Positions 1 to 11,769 of a stretch of 64,000 nt of DNA are shown piece after piece (within the stretch, counting starts at the first letter, position 1; every line of letters begins with the position of its first letter). The DNA is taken from assembly GCA_000320545.1 (NCBI GenBank), contig ADNK01001434.1, positions 1 to 64,000 of the forward strand, written 5' to 3'. Made by a program: the position numbers and the translations under genes. The notes under the pieces are model-generated. The model was not told where the DNA came from and made no database searches. It worked only from the letters and a program-made list of their open reading frames with translations. The DNA comes from Bigelowiella natans CCMP2755 (Eukaryota > Protista > Cercozoa).

Positions 1-154
1 GGGGGGGGGGGAGGGGGAGGACAGAGTAGTTGCTGTCATAAATGAGACCGTGGTGCTGCTAATGCCTTGGAGTTATCATCGTCACGTATGCCTGCCACGC
101 GACTTTTCTGATAAAATAATGTAACACGAAACAGACGTCATTTATGGGTCTCCA

Positions 155-865
155 TCAACATTTTTCTCTGTGGTGAACAGTAGTGGTGTTCGACCGAGTG
201 TTCGGCGAAATTACAGTAAGCTTTCCGGCGACATTTGGGTAGTACAAGGTAGGCACCAAAAATATAGGGCTGAAATCGTTAACTACCGTTTTGTCTGCGT
301 AGTCCTCGAAAAAGTCGTCTGATAATTGACACAAATTGCTAAGAGTCACCAGGATGATTATCGCCAGAGCAATATCTATCGAAGCATGTGCTAATATCCT
401 TTCAACGCTTTCAAGCTTTCAACTCAATGCACGGATTTTGCATTTTAAGATTGATCTAAATATCAACTTCGCATTTGTCAGTGGTAATTTGTTACTAAAT
501 TGTTCTAATCCATCAAAATTGCACACTATTTCATCGTTTGATAGTTTATAACTGAACCAGTTAATCATACGTTTACCTGAAGGTCTCCTTCAGAAGGAGT
601 ATTGGGACGGAGGAGGAGGAGGAGGAGGATGGGGAGGAAGACGGATGAACATAAGTACGTTGAAGAAAATAAACAACATGCATGGTGTATAGGATTCTCT
701 ATAATTTACAGTGGCGCCCTTTCCGTTAAACAAATTTCGCTCAAGGATGATCAGTTTTTGCTGTGTGATGAGAGGCGTTGGTCTCAATGTGTGTACGTGT
801 GTTTGTGTGCTAGAAGGGGGTTCCATGTCGAACCTAATTCCGTAGTAGTCCTCGCTAAACGACAT
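155..865 (-). CDS. Possible fragmentary multi-exon gene, product unknown
   Basis: Protein-like ORF pieces (590-865, ~550-422, 155-349) and a GT..AG intron at ~555-580. No recognisable domain; there is an in-frame TGA at 419-421. Confidence 0.2.
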
Positions 866-1346
866 CTCCCACTTCCCACTTCTTCAGACAGCGAGTTGAC
901 GAGAACAGGCTAGGAATTTTGGGGGGAGGGTGTCGATTCTTCCGCTGTTGGTTTGGATTTCTGGTTTTAAGATCAATCTCCGGGATTCATAGCAAATAAT
1001 TTTGCAATATGGACTTAATTTCAACACTTTTACGCTTTAAGTATTGTCGTACAGTCTAAAATCAGCTTAGCCGCCTGTCGCCGATGTTCTTGCAGCAGAA
1101 GTTGCGCGGCTTCTTCTTTCCCGCCCTTTTGAGCTGTGCTGTTTTCGTCGTTCACTACTATGCAACTTCGGACTATTTTTTATCCCGAATACTACCACCA
1201 CTGCCTCCTCTGTGCCATCCTGGGATCACCACGAAGGATAAATTAATATTTTATGCGGAATACTTCCATAAATTAAGGCCTTCCTGTTGAAAGCACTAGT
1301 TGGCGAACACGGTCAACCCAGGAGTCAGCGCGCTCCGAAAGTGCTC

Positions 1347-2219
1347 ATGCTCATCAACTCCTGCGTGCTGCTTGTCCTGCTTGGGCCTTACACCCTCGTT
1401 GCTAAGGCTGAAGACATTCACCGGACAGTTACGACAAATGATCCAGGTCTGCTGCTTTGGGCTATTCATTCCGTTGGGGTGGGCTGGCTGTCATAATAGC
1501 CTTATTTGGTTGACTTTGCTGTGAAATTCGTAAATTCTTGCCATACAGCGTCAATCCAGGCTGCTCTAGATGCTGGGGAGGACATTAATAAGGTTATACT
1601 ATATTTTGCACCTGAAGGACTGTCACGATCGATCGGGAAGTCGTCATTAGTCAACTATCTCGCCATCAAGATATTATCCAACCATGTTTTGCACCTAAAC
1701 TTAGATTGGACATGGGGGACAGACGCCTCTAATGTTTGCAGTCTTGAATGGTCACGCGCGGGCTGTCGAATTTCTGGTAGTATTTCAGCATTTCTCTAGA
1801 GAAACGATGTAGCCTTTCGATGACCTGAGAGGATCCTATAGCTGACATTCTTGATTCACATCATACAGATCAGCGCTGGCGCAGACACTTCGATCCCCGA
1901 AAAAGATGGGTATACCCCGATGCACGGTGCTGGTTTTCAAGGGCGAGCGGAAATTGCAAAGATGCTCATCGATCACGGCCTAGATCCTCACGATGTTCAC
2001 GAGGATGGGTTCACTCCGTTTCATCGGGCACTTTGGGGTCGCACACCAGGCCACACTCACACGGTAGAAGTGTTCTTGAAAGCTGGAGCCTCGCCTACGC
2101 AGACGGGAGGATACCCTCCTGCCGAGCCTATAAACATGGCAGCGACCCCGGCTACCAAGAAATTGCTCAAACGGTGGATGAAAGAGGCCTCATCAAAACC
2201 CGAGAAGGCAGAATTATGA
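1347..2219 (+). CDS. Small secreted/ER ankyrin-repeat protein (4 exons)
   Basis: Signal peptide MLINSCVLLVLLGPYTLVAKA. Spliced ankyrin motifs GGQTPLMFA, DGYTPMHGAGFQGRAEIAKMLIDHG and DGFTPFHRALW. C-terminus KAEL resembles KDEL. Confidence 0.8.
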
Positions 2220-2847
2220 AATTAACCGTCACGTGACAATTATGTGAGCTCCCTTATCAATATGTACATTATTAAAATGATGAACACGATACGATACGCG
2301 TTAGATGAGCCCTGCCATTTGTATCACACCTTATTTAAGTAGTTATTTTAATTGTGCATATCATGCATGTAACGATGTCGTATGTAAATCTAGACATGCG
2401 CTGCATTTGTGGATTTATATTCGTACAGCATTAAGCTCGATAGGCTGGCACCCACATGTATAGCTCATTCATCTACTTAACCTCTCTAATACATTTAATA
2501 ATGGAAGCTCGACGCACACCTATACAGCCGTATGGCACACTTGGAAGTGGGATACGCTTCCGTGCTTCCACGCCACGTCGCAGAGTCGCAGACACAACGA
2601 AGTGCAACACGTACGTGTGTTCAATAAGGATGCCGGTCCGCATTGATGAGCTATATAGCATTGCAGCTAGGCTGATATCCAAACGGAGACATGCAATTTC
2701 ATGGCGGCTATGAGAAACTACTGGTGTATGTTAAATCTGCTATTGCAATCCGAAGGACAACAATCCACAAGAAAGTATCAAGCATTCAAGATAGAACATC
2801 TCTTACTTCAACTGAACAGGAGGAGCTGCCTTACAACACATCGAATC

Positions 2848-5315
2848 TCACTTGGAACCTCCTAGTTTGATCTCATCCACCCTTCGATTATGAAGACTCA
2901 GAGATCGTACGAGAATCTCCGGGTTTCCAAATATAACGTCCTTTCCGACCCGTTTCTGATCGAAAATGGGAAGCTGTGAATGATAGATTCAGACGACGAA
3001 TATGTATTGCAATTGCCTAAGGAACTACTGCTGCTGTTACTTCAGACCTGAGCTAACCCTTTCACTGTGTCCTCTCGCTCCTGAAACTCACGCAACATGT
3101 AATTTTTGGAGAAATCATGGAAGTAGCGAGTGTCTTTGGCTCGCACGAGTACTCCTAAGAGATAAGGAGGGAATGGCACAGATTTGGGCTAGAGTGTACT
3201 GCATAATGGGTAAGTGCTGGGAAAGGAATAGCGAGTTGCACGTTATGACAAACGGGGGAGAGAGAGAGGGAAGATACTCACCGTCTACGCGCAGAAAGAA
3301 GCGCATACGCACCAGGAAGCACGTCGACATTACCCTCTATGATGGAAAACAAAGAAAAAGGTGTCATTCACAAAAGGGATGATGGAGAGAGAGAACCGTC
3401 ACTAGTCCCCGCTTCAATTGCTGACATCAACGTGTTCGTTTTACTCTATATTAATCACAAGCATTATCATTGTCATCACAATTTTGATGTCCAGCTTTGA
3501 GTTTCCGTTGTCGGCCAACTCGTCCTCGTAGAGGGTCATATCTTTAAACCTTTCGGTCAAGGGCGGAAGAAGATGATGGTTCGTGGATGAGGACATATCG
3601 TGGATGGAGGTATGTTTTCAAATATTTTCTACGAAGGAATGGCATTTGCATGAAAAGCTTCAATGTAATTCCTGTGACTATGGTGTTAACTTATCCTTCG
3701 GGAAAGTGATACACTTTTCTTACTGATGTTTTTTTACTACTATCGTCGACGGTGATGATAATGTTTCTCAACCAAAGAATTCTGTCGGGCCTCATAAGCA
3801 TCGCCGTATCGATTTCTTTCCCATTACTCTCCGTTATCATCGAACTAGCTGTCTTTGTCGTCAGCGTTGTCCGAGTCATCAGCGCCGAATTCGTCGTCGA
3901 TTTTGGTGATGGCCGTTCTTTCCCGCTACTCGACGAGGAATTTGTTACTGTGGAGGTGAAGGATTGCGCCTGTATCTTCGATCTATCCGAAGATGTGGCC
4001 TTTGTATCTATCGTTGTCGTCGTCGATTTTCGGTTTCTCTCCTCAGTCTTCCCTTTGCAATCTATGTCGTCGCTACTATTGGGTGCAACATCTTGCTCCC
4101 CCTCAATTCGTGAACCGTTGACTTCCATGTCGCCCTGAACAGTGGTAAATACACGTAGAAGGCCACCATGAAGCAATAAAGGAGACACGAAAGAGCAACA
4201 GCAGCGACAGTAGGCCATTTTTGAAGAAATTAATGAAATTAAGATGAATTAGCTAATATCAGCAGAGGTCAACAGAGAACCTTATACTTAGTCGTATACG
4301 TCCAATCGAAGGCTAATGCGTGATCTTTAAGGCCCATTCTTATCACAAACATACCCATCACACAACCAATATTTGAAAGTAGCTCGAAATTTACAAACTA
4401 AATTTTGTGTGTTCTCCGGACTACCTTTCCATCCTCTTAACCCAGCGGTCTGCCATCTGGACCTTCACGGTGCTTTTCTTCTCACATCTGCAGCAAAATA
4501 TTGACATCGCATGCGAAATGGAAAATTATAACTTACTTGAAGGTATCACAATTTTTGGGAAATTGGTTACACAAAGGCAAATATTTAAAAAAGAAACGTA
4601 TGTATAACTTTCTGAGGGCTGCTGCAGCCGTGAAAGACACCGACACGCCGCTCGGAACGTGTTCAATTTTCAGTAAGTTACCACCGAAAACCTGAAGAGG
4701 AGTATTTCTACATTGAAGAATGGACGAAGATCATAATTTCGACGGATTCGCTTTGTTACGGTGGCTTTGTACACATCATCACATAAACATAGTTTTTGGT
4801 AATTTTCATCGTTACCATCTCATGCAGGGTTTTTGTTTGGAGGTCTTCAGATATACTGCTCATTCGCAAGGTTGATCGAAAGTTGATTTGAGTGAACAAA
4901 TACGCAAGAGAGGGCAATCAGGAATAATATAAAGATGAAACTGATCGTAACAAGAGGGCATCGGAAGAAAGATGAGGCCATTTGGAGTTCATTTCTTCCG
5001 GTTCTTGTTCCATACCTTTTCAGTTGCTCGGCACCAGATATGTGTGTGAGCTTGATCGAAAATCTCCAATCTTTGAGCTCCAGTTCATCAGGGCTGCAAA
5101 CACGAGGAGTGCGAAATAAGTTTCAAAATTACAGACTGTTGAGCGAGGAGATAGTAGTCCCTGCGGGCAACGAATTTCGTTAGCGAGAATCATCTATGGT
5201 GCAAAAAATCGCGAAGTAGTGCCGCTATGGTACATCAGGACATATTAGACGACTCGGCAACGAACAAGGTCTTCTGAGACTCCATCCTCGCCGATGATAG
5301 ATTTGGGTTGTCCAT
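2848..5315 (-). CDS. TIP41: TIP41-like PP2A regulator (TIPRL family), multi-exon; start approximate
   Basis: Spliced exons give the family motifs in order: LHEM|VFGGNLLKIEH..SFTAAAALR, FDWTYTTKYKG, LYEDELADNGNSKLDIKI|RVMSTCFLVRMRFFLRVDG|VLVRAKDTRYFHDF. Confidence 0.9.
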
Positions 5316-5682
5316 GCTCGCGATAAAATTATAGCTGTCGCATTGCATAAATGCAGTGTAAATTTACTCGTATTTTTCCACTCTCTGGAGAATCTCGAAT
5401 GGATAATCTGATACGATGTCTCCTCCAATAAATACTAACGCAATCGATACGTATAATTTAAGGTATTTTTATTCAAACAACTTGGCACTGGATCACTTCA
5501 GTCCTCAGATATTTATATATATAATTTATCGGTCTATAATTAACGGAAATTTCTCATTAGAATTGGCATATCGTATTGTCGTATTTCAATAAATAGGTAA
5601 ATCTGATACGCCTAAAAAGTGATTTACGACTGAAAGCGTATAGACGAATTCAAAAAATAAGGCTCAGCCGCCCCACCCTCCC

Positions 5683-6082
5683 ATGCTGCAGCTGCAACTT
5701 GTAATACTTGCAGCCTTGGGAATAATCTCCCTTGGAATTAACCACCATCGGGATGGTCATTCCAACTTGGAGATGGTTCCTGGCGAAAGACTGCAACCGT
5801 TGCACTCCATATTAGTGGATTCAAAGAACACAGAACAGACCAATAAAATAAAGAAGGAAATAGAAAACGTGGGAAGCTGGTGGACACATATTGGAGGAAG
5901 GTGATGAACAAGATCTTTCATCCAGAAGTGCAGGAGATGAAATTATTGTACGAAATATTAGACTTTATTCTCCTGTGGCAAAAGAATTCGACCCTGCTCT
6001 GAGGAATGCAACATCCTTCCTCGCGGAAGGCGAGGGATTGAGGAGAGTGGTACTTAAATCATGAGGCTTCATTCCGCACGCG

Positions 6083-6139
<57 letters not shown>

Positions 6140-7639
6140 AAGAATTATTTAAGAAATAAATTATGGCCACAGGGGGTGCAAGATTTCTATGTCGCAGTAG
6201 CTGGCACCGAGGAAAATCTCCCTGCAGCTTTCCAAGCCCATCGAGTCGGCGGCAGGTAACTCTTCCAAATATGGAGATGGACCACCCGTCTCATTTTTCA
6301 TTTCTTTTCAGCTCTCCGTATCACATCCTTTATATGCCGAATATGTCTGAGGAAGAGCGATTAAAAGTTATCAAGACCCATATGGTAATTGATAATATTT
6401 TACGAATGAAGAATTGGATTCAATCTCAATTGATTCTAAATCAGGGGGAAACGCAGAACAAAAATCACCATGGAAACAGGAAGAAGTTCCATAGCCTTTT
6501 CCATCTTAGTAAAGGGTTCACCCCGTTCCTTCCATTCGTTGCCAACCAGAGCTACAAAACATCCCTCTCATTTTCCCAGGTAAGAAACATTATATCGGAA
6601 CTTCCTGTTTTTATTTGAGAATTGTTTCTTTCCAAAATTAGTCTATGGCTGAAGTAAACACAGTGAAAAGTGTAACTGCAGAGAAATACTGGGCATATCT
6701 ACAGGTCGCATGAATTTGTCAATATTGTCTGCCAGGTAGAAATCCTTAATATTTTTGGTTCCCATTCAGGATCTGGTTAATTTTGGAACACGAGCAGTCG
6801 ACAAACCAAACGCAAGTAAAGTGCAGAATTACTTCACGAACAAGTTCACGTCTTTTGGATTGAAAACTTGCAAACAAGCTGTTCAAATAGATGGCACCCC
6901 GTCGAACAATATCCTTGCTTTTCTGCCCGCTACTGCATCCGATTCAAACCCACAAATTGTGACAATCGGAGCACATTATGATTCCCGTCCATTTGAAGGA
7001 GAAGCACCAGGTGCAGAGGACAATGGTAGTGGAAGCGCTGCGTTGCTGAGTATTGCTGAGGCACTCGCGAAGTCTACCGTCGGAACAAAGCACCATATAG
7101 TCTTCGTTGCATTCACTGGAGAGGAGCTAGGCCTGTACGGGTCAAAGGCTTATATTGATGAGTTTGGATCTTGGGGAGACGAGTGTAGAACTGTACTATC
7201 CAGCATGATGACAACCACCTCAGTTAAAAAAACAATCAACACATGCAAGGCTGCTATTATTATGGACGAAATTGGATGGAGTAGTGATAAACTGGACGGT
7301 CACACTGTCACGCTTGAAACCCGGGAATTTGCAGAAAACCCAGTTATGAATCATCTTGCAGCAGCATCTGAGAAATTCAATAGTGCGAAATTCATTGATA
7401 ATAACGGTGTTGCAGGTGGAAATCTGAACATTGTGAGTTCTTTTAATCCTTTCGGGTCAGACCACATGCCATTCCTAAATGTTGGTAAAGCTGCTGTTCT
7501 CACCATAAATGGAGACGACGAAGCCTACCCTAATTATCACAAGAAAACGGATACAATAGAAAACGTCGACAAGCAACTGGCGATAAAAATTACTCGAATG
7601 AACTTAGCTGCTTTGATTAGGATAGCAAATGATGATTAA
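5683..7639 (+). CDS. Secreted M28-family Zn metallo-aminopeptidase
   Basis: N-terminal signal peptide. The last exon carries the M28 metal-ligand motifs GAHYDS, GAEDNGSG, GEELGL, MDEIG, GSDH and YHK..D. Confidence 0.9.
6082..6136. repeat. (GC)n(CA)n microsatellite in an M28 gene intron
   Basis: Read directly from the sequence. Confidence 0.95.
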
Positions 7640-7680
7640 TGTTATTCTGTGAATATGAAAATACAAATTAGTGCAACATT

Positions 7681-8780
7681 TTGCATCCACATCATGATGC
7701 AGCCGCCCGCTCTTCGCTTAAGTGAACGCTGCAACACCATCGCTTGCGCTAGCTAGTGCGCTGTGATTGATGGCAAACTTGCTAGCTTGGGCTAGTGGTT
7801 GCTGGTGCTGGTGATAGACCTAGAGTTAGAGAGCTGACAGCTTGCTGTGGCTCACTCAGCTGCCGGTGCATGACACAGGTCAACACTTCGTTGTTGCATG
7901 TTGCACGTTGCATTGAGCTGCATTGTTTCATGAATAATGTCGTAGTCGCCACGGATGGGCATCTAGGGATGTTTGGGGCGCGTGTGCCTAGTGTGCACGT
8001 GCGTGCACAGATGCGATGCGATCGATCAGACAACATCCATCGCTAGATCTCTCCCACACGAGCACACGAAAAGTCTCGTTGCTTCTGTTTGCCGGGATTC
8101 AAATATTCTGTCCATGGCATGGTTCTTAGTCAGTCAGTGACTGCGTGCGGTCTTGCCTCATCATTCTCATCATCAACATCCTTGATGGCTGAAACCTGCT
8201 AGCAGCTTGGGATGCTTTCTTGTCAGCAGTTTCAACAGACTACTTTGCATCGCAGCAGCAATGGCCCGCGCGCTTCTTGCACACGTGATTCGTTTGCAGC
8301 TGCAGGCAAGAAGCAGACATCAACCAAACAATGAATCAAGCGTCTGACTTCATCGTGTTTCATCAACGTGCCTAGATGCGTCAGAAAACGTGTTGCAACT
8401 GCTACTATGATGCACTCATCAGGGGTTTGCTGCTCTTTGCGTCAGGACCGTTGGACATTGTGTGCTTAGTTGGGAAGAACGAGGATGCAGGAGTTTGGCA
8501 AATGGCATGCCGTTTGATGATGTGTTGGAATGTGAACAAACAAAAGTGATGATGGACCACACTTCCAAAGTGTGCGAAACGCAGTTGCCTCGAACTAGCT
8601 TCAGTGAGGACCAACTGATGAAACCAGCAGGATTTGAAAATTGGTATCATGGTCATTCTAGCATTGCGGATCAGCATGACTAGTGGCAACATGACGGCGA
8701 CGCAATGCATCCATTCCAACTAGGAACTTCCTGCAGGCCGGTCTACGATGTCGAAACTACTCCCACAAAATCATCAGAAA
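7681..8780. other. TpA-depleted, CTAG/TGCA/CATG-rich intergenic island 1
   Basis: Hand count for 7681-8760: ~28 TA, 14 of them in CTAG and only ~4 outside CTA/TAG context. Confidence 0.8.
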
Positions 8781-8919
8781 ATCATTGTCGCAAGCAACAA
8801 ATCCAAGGCTGTTTTTTAAGCGTTACCAGTGACTAGGCCAGTAGTTAAAAAGTACTCCCCGCTTTGCACCAGCGTCGTAACGTGCCGGTCGAACGATTGC
8901 CCCATTCCTTAATGAGAGG

Positions 8920-10449
8920 ATGGAAGCGGATACTACGAGTATGGATCTGGACCAGAAATTCCTTGATTGTCGAAGCAACAGTGAAATAGAAGACATGTGA
9001 GTGTGAACTAAAGTATATCTGGAAGAAGACTGCAATGCTGCTAGATGATGAATGGCAACAATTTTGACTACGTATATGAACGGGGAACTCAGTCAGTGCA
9101 CAATGTGCCAATCTCATCGAACTCTGCACTAATTCACATTTACATTTGTGCTGTAGAAAAGGAATTGATGGAAATGAAAAAGTGGCTGTAGACGAACCCA
9201 TTATTTTCACCCTGCTGCTTCAATTCGCTGGGGTCCCGCCTCCTACTACAGTCATAAATACCACGCGGACGATTCTATATATCCGATGGGTCCATTTCGT
9301 GATTTTGTGGACGACAACGCTATTTTTTATGATATCACCTTGGATAAAAATGAGGTCAGCTTATTATTCAACACACTACCGTGCTTTCATACTTGATATT
9401 TCTCTCTGATGGGGAGAAATAAAAAATAAATAAATCACGCTCTCAAACGATATATTAGTTTATACAATCAAACTTTCTCGATAAGATAGTCCATACAAGA
9501 GTATCAGAAACAGATCACACATTTGGAAACCCCTGATGCATATTTGGACATATGCATGCAAATAAACATCAGGAGTGATACATATGTGCAAAGCTGGTGG
9601 GATGTGGCCTCGAATCTCTCCGATCTATGGGCAATTGGCATGGCTGTATGCTACACTCGCAGGCGAGAATGGATGACAGGTCTATATCGCACCGATATTA
9701 AAATCCGCGAATCCGTGGATTTTTTCTCAAAGTGGATATATATTGCCGATGTGGGCGGTCTCTTGGTAGCCGTAGCAGTCTGGACGACATACAGCGTTTT
9801 GCATGTAGCTATTCTCCGATTTCATCCTGCAATAACACTACCGTCCCTAGTGATCGTTCGCTGGCCACAACTACTCACCTGCGGGAACTTATTGTTTCTT
9901 CACTGTGTCATAAGCACCGCTATAGTCCGTCATCACTCTGAGCGACTCGGGAAGATGGCTAAAGCGGCCTCCAACAAAGTATATGGAACTTTGTTCGACG
10001 TCTACGTGACGACCGACAGCCGCCTTGAGGAGTTGGCTAAGTTATTAGAGATTCCCTTGGGACTGACGGCAGGATTGCAAGTAGGCTTCCTGTCGCTCGT
10101 ATTCCTAAGCTATGTCAAGACAGTGCAATCAGAAAATTACCGCTGGGCTCTTTATGCACTCTATTTAATCCGGGGTCTCATCGCGATGCTCAATATCTTC
10201 GTGCCTCTTGTTGTTCTTTCGTCGGCACAAACTGAATTCGATATATTCTCGCGGTCAATACTAAGTAACAAGAGCGCTCCATTTGAAGAACTTTCACGAA
10301 TTAGATTCCTCATGATCGGGCGACCCCTGGTGTTCAAACTGTTCGGAATAAGAATAAACCGTTACACCATCGGCTCGGCGTTCATTACATCGATCGCTGT
10401 GAACATGCCGGCGGTGCTTTCTGCAGTATTTGGAATTCGTTTGGATTAG
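8920..10449 (+). CDS. Multi-pass membrane protein resembling the 7TMIC/gustatory-receptor-like (GRL/DUF3537) superfamily
   Basis: About 7 hydrophobic segments across exons at 8920-8995, ~9156-9354 and ~9490-10449. The C-terminus RPLVFKLFGIRINRYTIGSAFITSIAV resembles the Gr-type TM7a/b region. Confidence 0.55.
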
Positions 10450-10679
10450 TAGTTAATGATGATCATGGAGTAAACGTAGATTTTATTTGTCCATATCCAT
10501 ATCAGCAACTATGCGAAATATGTTGCGCCGATCATAAATAGCCATGACAGCAAACATATCCTTATCATATAGAGTCAGCAAGTAGGGCGTTCATGTGAGT
10601 GGGTCCGGAAATAGTGAGCATAGCCTATATTCTGCTTGCATTGTAGAATTCCCAGTTGCATACTATGCACTTCATTTAT

Positions 10680-11560
10680 CCAAGTACAAACATGCTAGTT
10701 TGTGGCTAGCACCAGCTAGTCTGCTAGTTGATCAACGCGGTGTCATTATGGTTGCAAAATGCAACCTTTTTTGTTTGCAACAGCCAAATATAAATGCTAC
10801 AAAGTCACAATACTGTGCGATTGAGCTTGTTATTTCCATGCTGTCGATTTTGTTGTAGACACTAAGCGCAAGCATGATGCATGTCATGGAACCAGAGCGG
10901 AGTGCACCAAATCCTGGCTTCGCTTCAATGACTTGTTCGATGATGGCAACGGCGCTGCTTCCAATGACGAGTTAAGTTACAAGTATGGAGCAGCTGTGGT
11001 TTGCTCCTTGAAATCAATCGCGCACAAGGGAAACAAGTTTTGTTTCTGAGATTCGTAGATTCAGCTTGATGACAGAAAACGTGTTGGGTGATTTCACCCC
11101 TATCACCACCTCATCAGAAACTCGCAAAAAACACTTGCGAACACATTGCAAACCAAGACGTGCATGATGCTGCAATCACTAATGCGATAGAGGTTGTCGA
11201 TGACCTCTGTCCAAATTCCTCATTGAAAGCTGTGCAATGCGAATCATGCATCAGAAGTCAACTCTAGCACTGCGCATTGTGCGCAACATCACTAGATCAT
11301 CTAGTCATCACTAGACCAACGTCATGGATCACAGGCTCTCATCCCCAGAACATGCTGCACAACAAACAAGACTCAACAATCAGCTGACCGTGATGATGGA
11401 CAGGATCGACCAAACAAGATGACTCAAGCAGAACAAAAGGAAGCGCGCAGAGTCGCATGCAGGACGACATGAGCAACATGTTGCATTCACATGCATGAAT
11501 GACATCATTGCAGAAACAAATGGATGCAACTTAAGCGCTGTAGCCGCAGCTTTGCACAGC
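10680..11560. other. TpA-depleted, CTAG-rich intergenic island 2 (convergent 3'-3' spacer)
   Basis: 11041-11520 has 8 TA by hand count, all in CTA/TAG context; 11341-11520 has none. Confidence 0.75.
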
Positions 11561-11769
11561 TACATGAGGATGACCAATGAAAATATTTAATTCTTGTGAT
11601 GCATATATGTGATATTAATGTGTCTATTATTTTTCACATGCAAGTAAATGACACGAAGGTAAGGCGTCATCATTCTGTGCTCCGAACAAACTCATTAGTT
11701 TGCCGGTTCTCGATTTCAAATAACATCACAACTTCAAATGACTTGGTGCTTGTTCCTACTTTTAGTCCA

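Noticed and set aside
419-421. In-frame TGA as selenocysteine or readthrough
   Set aside because: No redox motif or SECIS is recognisable and the gene model is unresolved, so an intron or non-coding sequence is equally likely.
7681-8780. Islands as transposable elements or products of CpG-methylation decay
   Set aside because: No terminal repeats, TSDs or transposase/RT motifs were seen, and CpG is retained.
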